DNA from: an uncultured Pelagibacteraceae bacterium
Lineage (GTDB): Bacteria; Pseudomonadota; Alphaproteobacteria; Pelagibacterales; Pelagibacteraceae
NCBI GenBank assembly: GCA_902596925.1
Contig: CACJVT010000003.1
Span: 29,903-93,902, forward strand
Direction of reading: 5' to 3'
DNA: 64,000 nt
Position numbers and translations under genes: made by a program. Positions 29,410 to 39,047 of the stretch are shown here, piece by piece (position 1 is the stretch's first letter; each line of letters begins with the position of its first letter). The notes beneath the pieces are model-generated. The model ran no database searches and was not told the origin of the DNA. It worked only from the letters and a program-made list of their open reading frames with translations.

Positions 29410-30062
29410 TGAATGAGACCCAGAGAGCAAAGTTAATCCTAAAAATACTCAACGAAACTTATCCAAACATCAAAGTACCATTAAAAAGCCGAAATGTATT
29501 TACACTTCTAATTTCTGTTCTTCTTTCTGCTCAGTGTACTGATGTTAATGTTAATAATGTTACTAAAGATATTTATCCTAAATATTACAAACCAGAACAT
29601 TTTATAAAATTAGGAAGAAGAAAAATTGAAAATTTAATCAAAAAAATTGGTATCTTTAGAATCAAAGCAAAAAGTATTTATAATTTATCAAAAATACTTG
29701 TTAATGATCATAAAGGTAAAGTACCCAAAACTTTTGAGGAATTAGAAAAATTACCTGGGGTAGGACATAAAACAGCAAGTGTAGTAATGTCTCAAGGCTT
29801 TGGTCATCCCGCATTTCCAGTTGATACTCATATTCACAGACTGGCTCAAAGATGGGGATTAACAAATGGTAAAAATGTGATCCAAACTGAAAATGATTTA
29901 AAAAGATTATTTCCTAAAAAAAATTGGAATAAATTACATTTACAAATCATTTATTATGGTAGAGAATTTTGTAAAGCTAGAGATTGCTATGGATTAAGTT
30001 GTAAAATTTGTACTTCTTGCTATCCTAAACGAAAAAAACCATTAATTGCAAAAAAACCTTAA
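29409..30062 (+). CDS. nth: Endonuclease III (HhH-GPD DNA glycosylase)
   Basis: LLSAQCTDVNVN, HhH LPGVGHKTA with catalytic Lys, PVDTH, C-terminal Cys cluster. Confidence 0.94.
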   Translation: MNETQRAKLILKILNETYPNIKVPLKSRNVFTLLISVLLSAQCTDVNVNNVTKDIYPKYYKPEHFIKLGRRKIENLIKKIGIFRIKAKSIYNLSKILVNDHKGKVPKTFEELEKLPGVGHKTASVVMSQGFGHPAFPVDTHIHRLAQRWGLTNGKNVIQTENDLKRLFPKKNWNKLHLQIIYYGREFCKARDCYGLSCKICTSCYPKRKKPLIAKKP

Positions 30063-30988
30063 TGAATATTTTAGGAATTGGAAATGCGATCATTGATGTG
30101 CTTTGCAAAGTACCAGATGAATTTTTAACAAAAAATTCTCTTACTAAAAGCACAATGAAATTGGTTGATGAAGAGGAGTTTAAAAAACTACTTTCATCTT
30201 TAAAAATTGAGGAAACGATTTCAGGTGGATCTGTTGCTAACTCCATAGTTGGCTTAGCTCAACTTAATAATGATGTGGGATTTATTGGAAAAGTTAATGA
30301 TGATGAGTTTGGTCAAAAATATGAGAATGGATTAATTAATGAAAAAGTAAAATATCTGTATGAAAAAAAAAGTGAAAAAATTCCTACTGGATCTTGTTTA
30401 ATTTTAATTACACCAGACTCTGAGAGAACGATGTGCACATTTCTTGGTACAGCAGGCAAAATTAGTGATGCGGATATTAAAAAAGAGCATGTTCAGAATG
30501 CTGAAATAATTTTTTTAGAAGGTTATTTGTGGGATGAAGGTGATCCAAAAAAAGCCTTTGATAAGGCAATTATACACTCAAAGAGAACAGCTATGTCTTT
30601 ATCTGACCTTTTTTGTGTCAATAGACACAAAAAACATTTTCTAGAATTGGTTAAAAATCAACTGAATATTATTTTTGCAAATGAACAAGAAATCTTATCT
30701 TTGTTTGATGCAAAGGATTTCCAAGAAGTAATTTCATTTTCAAAACAAATAAAAAAAAATATTATAATTACTAGAGGGGAAAAGGGTGCTATTTCAATTA
30801 ATCATGATGAAATCATTGAAGTTAATGCTCAATCTAATTTAAAGATAAAAGATTTAACAGGTGCAGGTGACCTATTTGCAGCTGGATATCTCCATGGTAT
30901 AATTAATAATTTTGATACTAAAGAATGTTTGATAAAAGGAACTGAATTATCCTCGAAAATTATTCAAAAAATTGGTGCAAGAATATAA
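30062..30988 (+). CDS. PfkB-family kinase (adenosine kinase-like)
   Basis: GIGNAIIDV, GGSVANS, DSERTMCTFLG, EGYLWD, DLTGAGDLFAAG. Confidence 0.9.
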   Translation: MNILGIGNAIIDVLCKVPDEFLTKNSLTKSTMKLVDEEEFKKLLSSLKIEETISGGSVANSIVGLAQLNNDVGFIGKVNDDEFGQKYENGLINEKVKYLYEKKSEKIPTGSCLILITPDSERTMCTFLGTAGKISDADIKKEHVQNAEIIFLEGYLWDEGDPKKAFDKAIIHSKRTAMSLSDLFCVNRHKKHFLELVKNQLNIIFANEQEILSLFDAKDFQEVISFSKQIKKNIIITRGEKGAISINHDEIIEVNAQSNLKIKDLTGAGDLFAAGYLHGIINNFDTKECLIKGTELSSKIIQKIGARI

Positions 30989-30992
30989 ATAT

Positions 30993-31553
30993 TTAATTTA
31001 TTGAATAACCTTTCTTTTCATTTTTAATAAAATTTTCGTCTCCAAAAATTTCTTTCATTTTTTTTCTCAATCTGTAAATATGAGTTTCAACAGTATGTGT
31101 CTCTAAATCTTGAGAATAATGCCAAACTTTTTTTTGAAGGTCCTTAACAGAAACATTTTTCCTCTCATTAATAAAAATAATTAGATCGGACTCTCTTTCT
31201 GTTAAACTCAAATTTTTATCTTTATAAGTAATATTTCTTGAATTTAAATCTAACTTATATTTTCCAATCTTGATATTCGACTGATCTGAAAACTTATTTT
31301 TAAGAAAATTAATATTTATAAAGTCGATAAGTTTTTCTAATTTGAGAGGTTTGTTGTCTATAATAAGTTGCCTACCAATTTTTTCATGTTTTTTAGATGA
31401 TAAAATCAAATAATTTGTACTTGGTTCAAATTGTAAACTACTAAAATTTTTATTATCAGACTTAATTAATTTAAAGCTGAAATTTTCTTTAATTTCATTT
31501 AGTAATTCAAAAAGAATTTGATATTCATAAATAATTAAAACTTTTGAACTCAT
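30993..31553 (-). CDS. OmpR/PhoB-type winged-helix regulator with degenerate receiver domain (CenR-like)
   Basis: C-terminal LTERE...VW...ETHTVETHIYRLRKK...KGY matches Trans_reg_C. The N-terminal ~85 aa lack the receiver acidic pocket. Confidence 0.8.
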   Translation of the reverse strand: MSSKVLIIYEYQILFELLNEIKENFSFKLIKSDNKNFSSLQFEPSTNYLILSSKKHEKIGRQLIIDNKPLKLEKLIDFININFLKNKFSDQSNIKIGKYKLDLNSRNITYKDKNLSLTERESDLIIFINERKNVSVKDLQKKVWHYSQDLETHTVETHIYRLRKKMKEIFGDENFIKNEKKGYSIN

Positions 31554-31564
31554 TTTTTTAAATT

Positions 31565-32062
31565 ATGACAATTATTATCAAAAATAAAGAAACACTTTTA
31601 TATGACGACTTTAAATTCAAGTGTTCTGTTGGAAAAAAAGGTTTTAGTAAAAATAAGAAAGAGGGTGATTATACAACACCAAAGGGAATTTTTAGATTAG
31701 GAAATATTTATTACAGAGCAGATAGAATTGAAAAACCTAAATCTAAACTTAAAACTATAGTGATAAAAAAAGAAATGGGTTGGTGTGATGACCCTAAAAG
31801 TCAATTTTATAACAAATTAATTAACATCAGAAAAAAATCAAAATTTAGCTATGAAAAACTTTTTCGTAAAGATTTTAAATATGATTTACTTATATTAATA
31901 AAATACAATTATAAAAAAGTTATAAAACATAAAGGTAGTGCAATATTTTTGCATTTAACAAAAAACTATTCTAGCACCAAAGGTTGTATTGCATTGCAAA
32001 AAAAAGATTTTCTAATACTTTTAAAAATAATTAATAAAAAAACAAAAATAAAAATTAAATAG
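31565..32062 (+). CDS. L,D-transpeptidase (YkuD) family protein
   Basis: KKEGD..TP.G, GWCDDP...YN, GSAIFLH...TKGCIA (catalytic His/Cys). Confidence 0.88.
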   Translation: MTIIIKNKETLLYDDFKFKCSVGKKGFSKNKKEGDYTTPKGIFRLGNIYYRADRIEKPKSKLKTIVIKKEMGWCDDPKSQFYNKLINIRKKSKFSYEKLFRKDFKYDLLILIKYNYKKVIKHKGSAIFLHLTKNYSSTKGCIALQKKDFLILLKIINKKTKIKIK

Positions 32063-32720
32063 ATCTTTTACCAAAAATACCTGTCCCAATTCTTAAGTAT
32101 GTTGATTTAAATTCTACAGCCTCTAAGAAATCGTTCGTCATACCCATACTAATCTCCGGAAGATTAAACTTATTATTTAAATTCAACATTTCTTTAAAAA
32201 AAGGTTTTGGATTCTGATTATCAGGAGGGATGCACATTGTGCCTATTATATTAAGTTTTAAATCTAAACAATTTTTGTAGAAAACTTCAAGATTAGAGGG
32301 GTCAATTCCAGATTTTTGCTTCTCCCCTCCTAAGTTAATTTGTATAAAAATTTTTATTTGTTTATTCTTCTCATGAATTTGTTTTGCTAATTTATTTGCA
32401 AGTTTCAAATTGTCTAATGAATGTATATAGTCAAATATTTCAACAGCATTTTTAACTTTATTTGTCTGAAGTTTTCCCAACATATGTAATCTTACATGAT
32501 CATATTTCTTTTTGAGATTTTTCCATTTTTGAACAGCTTCCTGAACTTTATTTTCTCCAAAATTATGATGGCCAAAATTTAATAAAGGTAAAATCTCTTG
32601 TTCTGAGAAAGTCTTTGAAACAGCAATAATTTTTGGATCATATTTATCCAAAGAAGACTCATTGATTTTTTTCTTAATTTTATTTTGTATTTCGATTAAA
32701 TTACTTTGTATTTGATGCAT
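32055..32720 (-). CDS. yggS: PLP homeostasis protein YggS/PLPBP
   Basis: IIAVSKT, FGENKVQE, G.LQTNK, SMGMTNDF, RIGTGIFG. Confidence 0.95.
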   Translation of the reverse strand: MHQIQSNLIEIQNKIKKKINESSLDKYDPKIIAVSKTFSEQEILPLLNFGHHNFGENKVQEAVQKWKNLKKKYDHVRLHMLGKLQTNKVKNAVEIFDYIHSLDNLKLANKLAKQIHEKNKQIKIFIQINLGGEKQKSGIDPSNLEVFYKNCLDLKLNIIGTMCIPPDNQNPKPFFKEMLNLNNKFNLPEISMGMTNDFLEAVEFKSTYLRIGTGIFGKRSI

Positions 32721-33296
32721 ATTAAAAATTTAAAAAAATATTATTTTATCAATAGATTTGAATATTCCCACTTAATAAATCTAGATAAAAACATATCTTT
32801 TATATGGAGAAATAAAGATAGAGAAACCTCTTTGGAAACATTAGTTAGATTACGTGATTTTTGTAAAAAAAATCAAAGAAAATTTTATATTAGTAACGAT
32901 ATTAAATTAGCAATCAATGTTAAGGCTGATGGAGTTTATATTTCTTCCTCAAATAAAAAGTTAAATTCAAAATTTTTTTCATTTAAAAACAAATTTAGAA
33001 TAATAGGTTCTGCACATAATTTAAAAGAAATTAAACTTAAAGAACTACAAAATATAAAGGAAATTTTCATATCTCCTTTATTTAAGGATAAGACAAACAA
33101 GCAATTAAGTATTTATAGGTATCTCAAATTGAAACATGCCACTTATATGAAGGATATTTCTTTAGGAGGGATAAATGAAAAGAACATTAAAAAACTAAAA
33201 TTAATTAAACCCTGCGGTTTTGCAGGGATTTCTTTTTTTGATAAAAAAAAGGCCCCTAAAAAGGGGCCTTTTAAATTCATTAAAAGTAATGATTAG
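32715..33296 (+). CDS. Thiamine-phosphate synthase/TenI-like TIM-barrel protein (degenerate)
   Basis: ISND..LA..VKADGVYI, GSAHN, ISPLF, LGGIN, GFAGIS. ATG 32715 preferred over TTG 32706. Confidence 0.72.
   Translation: MHIKNLKKYYFINRFEYSHLINLDKNISFIWRNKDRETSLETLVRLRDFCKKNQRKFYISNDIKLAINVKADGVYISSSNKKLNSKFFSFKNKFRIIGSAHNLKEIKLKELQNIKEIFISPLFKDKTNKQLSIYRYLKLKHATYMKDISLGGINEKNIKKLKLIKPCGFAGISFFDKKKAPKKGPFKFIKSND
33243..33272. terminator. Strong intrinsic terminator of the porin gene (potentially bidirectional)
   Basis: AAAAAAAAGGCCCCT-AAAA-AGGGGCCTTTT: perfect stem with an 8-T tract on the minus strand, 20 nt past the porin stop, and 4 T on the plus strand. Confidence 0.88.
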
Positions 33297-34219
33297 AATG
33301 AGAACGCAATATTAAATATTGACGCTTCAACTTCTTTTGCTGAATTACTTCCGTTTTTGCTTTCAAGCTTGTTGAAACCACCACCGATTGAGATAGAACC
33401 CATAGTGTATGATGCCATCAAACCTGTGTTAGTTTCATCATCTGCAGCACCATCGAACTCAATAACTTGTCTACCAGCTGATACTGATAATTCATCATTG
33501 ATCGCAATAGATACACCGTAGTGTATTGCATCTTCGTCAGTGCTTCCAGTTGCTTCATAGTCTACGTTAGTCATTTGGTAAGCAGCAGTTACTGAACCCA
33601 TAGTGTATTTAACACCAATAGTATCGTTTTCTGCAATATCACCATCATCAAACATAGCAGCACTTAACTCTAAACCATCCATTAAGCCACTGTAAACTAC
33701 AGCGTAACCAGTTTCAGCTTTTGCAGCTGCTGCTGGTTTTGGATGATAAGAAGCTGATAGTGCTAAAGATCCAACGCTAACGTCGTATCCCCATTGACCA
33801 GCTTGTGTGTTTCCAGATTTATCAATTAAACCACTGTCGACACTGTCTGTAGCTTCGTACACTGGCGTGTAAGCATTTGGTACGATATCTTTCAGTTTAT
33901 CAACACCGCTTCCGCTGCTTGAATTACCTGAGTAAGATATTGTTCCTGAATCACCCATACCAACTTTTAGATTGTAGTCATCAAAAGTACCACCATCTAA
34001 TTCATAGTAAACTGATACAGTCATACCATTGTCAAGGTCTCCACCGCCATTGAACTTAACACTGTCACCCATTGCCCATGGATTAGTGTCAGATCTGCTG
34101 CTTAGACCTGTGTAAGATAAAGCCGCTCCACCTGATACACTTAGCTCACCAGCAACTGATGCTGTAGTAACTAAAGTAGTAGCTAAAGCAGTTAATCCTA
34201 CTTTTTTTAGATTGTTCAT
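33293..34219 (-). CDS. Major outer-membrane porin
   Basis: Signal peptide (ASVA-GE), Gly/Ser/Thr/aromatic-rich alternating beta strands, C-terminal Phe (NIAFSF), strong AAGGAG RBS and its own terminator. Confidence 0.88.
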   Translation of the reverse strand: MNNLKKVGLTALATTLVTTASVAGELSVSGGAALSYTGLSSRSDTNPWAMGDSVKFNGGGDLDNGMTVSVYYELDGGTFDDYNLKVGMGDSGTISYSGNSSSGSGVDKLKDIVPNAYTPVYEATDSVDSGLIDKSGNTQAGQWGYDVSVGSLALSASYHPKPAAAAKAETGYAVVYSGLMDGLELSAAMFDDGDIAENDTIGVKYTMGSVTAAYQMTNVDYEATGSTDEDAIHYGVSIAINDELSVSAGRQVIEFDGAADDETNTGLMASYTMGSISIGGGFNKLESKNGSNSAKEVEASIFNIAFSF

Positions 34220-34321
34220 AAATATACTCCTTTTTATAATTAATTATAAACAGGGTTTTTTTAGCAAATATTGGTTAATAACAGATAAAATATTATTAAT
34301 TTTAACAATAATTTATTATAG

Positions 34322-34339
34322 TGTTGCATTTTTGCATCA
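34322..34339. promoter_or_regulatory. Imperfect palindrome TGTTGCA-N4-TGCATCA between divergent porin and DUF3576 genes
   Basis: 7-bp arms with one mismatch, unusually GC-rich for this spacer. Confidence 0.45.
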
Positions 34340-34429
34340 ATAAAAAGCCTTGAAAATGCTAGGTTTTATAAACTATATTCTAATCTTAAACATTAAATTA
34401 TGTGTTAATAACCAATCAGTTATTTAAAA

Positions 34430-35032
34430 ATGAAAATCGCTAAACATATTCTTATATCACTCTCAATTTTAGTCTTATTAGCACAAACAGCTTGTGGACC
34501 TTTAAAACCAAAAAAAACAAGCGCTAAAGAATTTCCTCCAGACCCCAGAGAAAGAGTCAAAAAAAATATTGAAGAAGGTAGAGGGTTTAGACTTATGGGT
34601 GGAGATAAAAGAGGTGGCACGAATTATGAATTTGCAAGTGCAAATCCTTTATGGAGAGCTACACTTGACACCTTGGATTTTATGCCTCTAGTCTCTGCAA
34701 ACTATAGCGGAGGTATTGTTGTTACTGACTGGTATAGTGAAAATAACACGCCTAATGAGTCTGTAAAAATTTCTGTCAGGTTTTTGACAAATGAAATCAG
34801 ATCAGATGCATTAGACATAAATGTCTTTTTGAAAAAATGTTCAGAAAATCTTACTAATTGCTCAATCAGTAAAAATAACAATGATTTGGTTGCAGATCTT
34901 AATTTAAATATTCTTAAAAAAGCTACTAAGTATCAAAAAAATATGATTAAAAAACGTAGAAAAGATAATCCATATATTATGGGAGATATGGAGCATGGTA
35001 GTGGTAGAGAAAAACCAAAAAAGACCGATTAA
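34430..35032 (+). CDS. DUF3576-like lipoprotein
   Basis: Lipoprotein-type signal ending in Cys (QTA-C), NPLWRATLDTLDFMPL, GGIVVTDWY. Usual position upstream of leuS. Confidence 0.8.
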   Translation: MKIAKHILISLSILVLLAQTACGPLKPKKTSAKEFPPDPRERVKKNIEEGRGFRLMGGDKRGGTNYEFASANPLWRATLDTLDFMPLVSANYSGGIVVTDWYSENNTPNESVKISVRFLTNEIRSDALDINVFLKKCSENLTNCSISKNNNDLVADLNLNILKKATKYQKNMIKKRRKDNPYIMGDMEHGSGREKPKKTD

Positions 35033-35048
35033 ATAAATTCAATCGATT

Positions 35049-37592
35049 GTGGAAAGATATAATTTTAAGTTAGTAGAAAAAAAATGGCAAGAGCACTGGC
35101 TTAAAAATAAAACTTTTAAATCAGAGATTAATAAAGATAAAAAAAAATTTTATTGTTTAGAAATGTTTCCATATCCATCTGGAAAAATTCACATGGGACA
35201 TGTAAGAAACTATACAATAGGTGATGTTCTCTCAAGATACAAAACACTCAAAGGTTTTAATGTGTTACACCCGATGGGTTGGGACTCATTCGGGATGCCA
35301 GCAGAAAACGCTGCGAAACAGAATAATTTAAATCCTAAGATTTGGACTGAGAAAAATATAGAAGTCATGAAATCTCAGCTTAAAATGTTAGGTCTTTCTG
35401 TAGATTGGGATAGAGAAATTTCTACTTGTTCTCCAGAATATTTTAAGCACCAACAAAAAATTTTTCTAAATCTTTTCGACAAAGATTTAGTTTATAGGAA
35501 GGAAAGTTATGTGAATTGGGATCCAGTAGAAAAGACAGTTTTAGCTAATGAACAAGTTATTGATGGTAAAGGCTGGAGATCTGGTGCGATTGTAGAAAGA
35601 AAAAAATTAAACCAATGGTTTTTTAGGATTTCATATTTTTCAGAAGAACTTTTGAATGATCTCAACAAATTAGATAATTGGCCGGAAAAAGTGAAAATTA
35701 TGCAAAAAAATTGGATTGGCAAATCATTCGGTTGTGAAATTGATTTTCAGATTGAAGGTTCGAAAAATATAAAATCAATTAAGTGTTATACTACAAGACC
35801 AGATACATTATTTGGATTTTCATTTCTGGCATTGTCAGTAGATCATCCTTTGTCTAAATTTTATGAAAATGACAGCAAATTTGCTGAATTTAAAAAAGCA
35901 TGTTCTAAGACTGGAACCACAGAGGAGTCAATCGCACAAGCAACTAAAATAGGTTTTAAAACAGAACTTAAAGCTATTAATCCTCTTGATAAAAAATCAA
36001 AAGTTCCTGTTTATTTTGCTAACTTTGTTTTAATGGATTATGGATTTGGAGCAGTATTTGGTTGTCCGGCCCATGATCAAAGAGATTTTGACTTTGCTAA
36101 AAAATACAATCTTAAAATCAAAACAGTAGTAAAGCCTACCGAAGAAAATGATAAATTTGAGGTTAAAGACCATGCTTATGTAGGTCCTGGGATAATAATA
36201 AATTCTGAATTTTTAAATGGTTTATCCGTACCGGAAAAGTCAATAAATGAAACAATTAAAATTTTAGAAGATAAAAAATTAGGTAAAAAAAAAATCAATT
36301 ACAGGTTAAAAGATTGGGGCATATCTAGACAAAGATATTGGGGATGTCCAATACCGATCGCATATGACAGTGAGAATAATGTAATTAAAATACCCGAAAA
36401 AGATTTACCAGTTAAACTTCCAGAAAAAATTGATCTTAATACGAACGGAAATCCTCTGGATGGACAAAAGGAGTGGAAAGAAACCATCATTAATGGGAAA
36501 AAGTGTAAAAGAGAAACCGACACTTTAGATACATTTGTAGACTCCTCTTGGTATTTTCTTAGATTTTGCTCAGCAAATAATAAAAAGGAGCCTTTCGATT
36601 CTAAGGAATTAGATTATTGGATGCCAGTTGATCAATATATTGGAGGGGTTGAACATGCAATATTACATCTTCTTTACTCACGATTTTTTATGAGAGCAAT
36701 AAGTTTAAATAATAATGAAACAAAATTAAAGGAGCCATTTGAGGGATTATTTACTCAAGGCATGGTTTGTCATCAAACTTATAAAGATGAAAATAATAAT
36801 TGGATTTATCCTGAAGAAGTTTCAAGTGACGATGGTAAGAATTTTTATCAAATCAAAGACCCTTCAAAAAAGATTATCGTCGGCCCCTCAGAGTCGATGT
36901 CAAAATCGAAAAAAAATACAATAGATCCAGAAAAAATTATTGAAATTTACGGTGCGGATGCAGTAAGATTGTTTATTTTATCTGATAGCCCTCCGGAAAA
37001 AGATGTTCAGTGGTCAGATACAGGAATAAGTGCATCTTTTAAATTTTTACAAAAGCTATGGTCTTTGAATGAAAAAATATGCCAAAATAAAAAAAAATTT
37101 TCAATATTTGATGGGGAATTGGAAAAATTCAGTAATCAGATAATTAAAAAATTGAATGATGATTTAGAAAGATTTGGGTTTAACGTAGTTATTGCTTCTA
37201 TTTACAAAATTTATTCTTTTTACAATCAGCAAACAAACAAAGAAGATTGGGGTAGTAATTTCAATAAAAACTACATTAATATTTTAAAAATTCTAAATCC
37301 TATCATTCCTCATTTTTCAAATGAATGTCTTGAGAAATTAAAACAATCTGTAGAAAATATTAATTGGCCAGAAATCGATCCAAAATATTTAGAAGAAGAA
37401 ATCATCAATATTGTTACTCAAATTAATGGGAAAAAAAGAAAAGTATTTTCTGTAAACAAATCAATAAATAAAGAAACCTTGATTGAAAATATTAAAAAAG
37501 ACGAGCAAATTCAAAAATATGTTGAAAACAAAGAGATTCTTAAAACTATATATATAGAAAATAAATTAATAAACTTTATTATTAAAGAATAA
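35049..37592 (+). CDS. leuS: Leucyl-tRNA synthetase (GTG start)
   Basis: [21 protein letters not shown] editing domain, [17 protein letters not shown]. Confidence 0.99.
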   Translation: MERYNFKLVEKKWQEHWLKNKTFKSEINKDKKKFYCLEMFPYPSGKIHMGHVRNYTIGDVLSRYKTLKGFNVLHPMGWDSFGMPAENAAKQNNLNPKIWTEKNIEVMKSQLKMLGLSVDWDREISTCSPEYFKHQQKIFLNLFDKDLVYRKESYVNWDPVEKTVLANEQVIDGKGWRSGAIVERKKLNQWFFRISYFSEELLNDLNKLDNWPEKVKIMQKNWIGKSFGCEIDFQIEGSKNIKSIKCYTTRPDTLFGFSFLALSVDHPLSKFYENDSKFAEFKKACSKTGTTEESIAQATKIGFKTELKAINPLDKKSKVPVYFANFVLMDYGFGAVFGCPAHDQRDFDFAKKYNLKIKTVVKPTEENDKFEVKDHAYVGPGIIINSEFLNGLSVPEKSINETIKILEDKKLGKKKINYRLKDWGISRQRYWGCPIPIAYDSENNVIKIPEKDLPVKLPEKIDLNTNGNPLDGQKEWKETIINGKKCKRETDTLDTFVDSSWYFLRFCSANNKKEPFDSKELDYWMPVDQYIGGVEHAILHLLYSRFFMRAISLNNNETKLKEPFEGLFTQGMVCHQTYKDENNNWIYPEEVSSDDGKNFYQIKDPSKKIIVGPSESMSKSKKNTIDPEKIIEIYGADAVRLFILSDSPPEKDVQWSDTGISASFKFLQKLWSLNEKICQNKKKFSIFDGELEKFSNQIIKKLNDDLERFGFNVVIASIYKIYSFYNQQTNKEDWGSNFNKNYINILKILNPIIPHFSNECLEKLKQSVENINWPEIDPKYLEEEIINIVTQINGKKRKVFSVNKSINKETLIENIKKDEQIQKYVENKEILKTIYIENKLINFIIKE

Positions 37593-38059
37593 TGAGAAGT
37601 TTAAAATATTTAATTATTTTTATTTTTTTTGTAAGTTGTGGTTATACTCCTATCTATCAGACTGATGAAATATCCAAATTTAAATTGGGAATTATTAATC
37701 ATTCCGGTGATAAAAAAATAGGTAGAGATCTATTAAATAATTTACAAAGATATAAAGATAAAAAATCCAATAATATTTTTGATATATATTTAACCACTAT
37801 TAAAAGAGAAAATATTGTCTCCAAAGATAAGAAAGGTGATCCCTCAAGTTACAAAATTGAATTAGAAATTAATTTAGATTTGATTGGTAAAAATAATGAT
37901 AAAAAATTCTCAAAAAAATTTATTAAAGAAACGACCTATAATTCTATAGATGATAATTTTAAACTAAACAGATATAAGAAAAAGCTTGAAAAAAATCTAA
38001 CCTCACAAATTTTACAAGAGATAGATAATTTCTTTAGTGTTATCCAAAATGATATCTAA
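37592..38059 (+). CDS. lptE: LPS assembly lipoprotein LptE
   Basis: Lipobox FVS-CGYTPIY. Conserved position between leuS and holA. Confidence 0.78.
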   Translation: MRSLKYLIIFIFFVSCGYTPIYQTDEISKFKLGIINHSGDKKIGRDLLNNLQRYKDKKSNNIFDIYLTTIKRENIVSKDKKGDPSSYKIELEINLDLIGKNNDKKFSKKFIKETTYNSIDDNFKLNRYKKKLEKNLTSQILQEIDNFFSVIQNDI

Positions 38060-39047
38060 ATATTATGAAATAGAAAAATTTAAAAATAAAATTAACTATT
38101 TTTTATTTTATGGTGAGAATGAAGGTCAAAAACAAGATGTAATTCAAACTAGCTTTAGCCAATTTACTAAAGAAAACACTTATAAATATTCTGAAAAGGA
38201 TGTAATTGAAAATAAACAAATATTTTTCGAAAATGTTTATTCCAAATCTTTTTTTGAAAATGAAAAATTAATCTTAATATCTGATGTCTCTGACAAAATA
38301 TTAAACTTAATTGAAGAAATAATTGCATCAAACATAAACGATGTTGTTATTATTTTGATTGCAAAAAGATTAGATAAGAAATCAAAAATTAGAAATTATT
38401 TTGAAAAGGAAAAGATTGTACTAATTGTTCCCTTTTACGAAGATACTCCACAAACTCTTTTATCTATCGCAAAGAAAATTTTGTTTGAAAATAAGATTAA
38501 TTTATCTCCTGAAAACATAAATTTAATCATTGAAAGATCACAAGGAGATAGAATTCATCTAAAAAATGAATTACAAAAAATTATTAACCTAAGTCAAAAC
38601 AATAAAAAATTAGAATTAAAAGATATTTTAAGATTAACAAACCTAAGCGAAAATTACAGTGCTGGAGAGTTAGTAGATAATTGTCTAAGCAAAAATAAAA
38701 AAAGAACTCTCAATATTCTTAATGAAAATATCCCATCTAGTGAGGATAATATTTTAATTTTAAGGACTTTTTTAAACAAGTTAAAAAGACTAAGAAAGTT
38801 AAGATTAAATTTAATCGAAAATAATAATATTGATCAAGTTATTAACTCATTTAAACCTCCAATATTCTGGAAGGATAAAAATATAATTAAGCAACAGATT
38901 AAAATATGGGGATTAAATGATATTGAGAGTTTTATTGTAGATCTAAACAATACTGAGAGTTTAATAAAAAAAAATCCTCTGATTTCTAATCAAATCATAA
39001 ATAATATGATTTTAGATAAAATTGGAGATACTAATATCCAGACTTAA
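38049..39047 (+). CDS. holA: DNA polymerase III delta subunit
   Basis: FLFYGENEG, SQGDR..LKNELQK, PPIFWK. Follows leuS-lptE. ATG 38049 preferred over GTG 38037. Confidence 0.9.
   Translation: MISKYYEIEKFKNKINYFLFYGENEGQKQDVIQTSFSQFTKENTYKYSEKDVIENKQIFFENVYSKSFFENEKLILISDVSDKILNLIEEIIASNINDVVIILIAKRLDKKSKIRNYFEKEKIVLIVPFYEDTPQTLLSIAKKILFENKINLSPENINLIIERSQGDRIHLKNELQKIINLSQNNKKLELKDILRLTNLSENYSAGELVDNCLSKNKKRTLNILNENIPSSEDNILILRTFLNKLKRLRKLRLNLIENNNIDQVINSFKPPIFWKDKNIIKQQIKIWGLNDIESFIVDLNNTESLIKKNPLISNQIINNMILDKIGDTNIQT

Noticed and set aside
33293-34219. Porin gene looks GC-richer and compositionally distinct, suggesting horizontal transfer
   Set aside because: Better explained by Gly/Ala/Ser/Thr-rich content and highly expressed codon choices (AAC, TAC, GGT, GCT). 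It sits in a conserved neighbourhood with no mobility signs.
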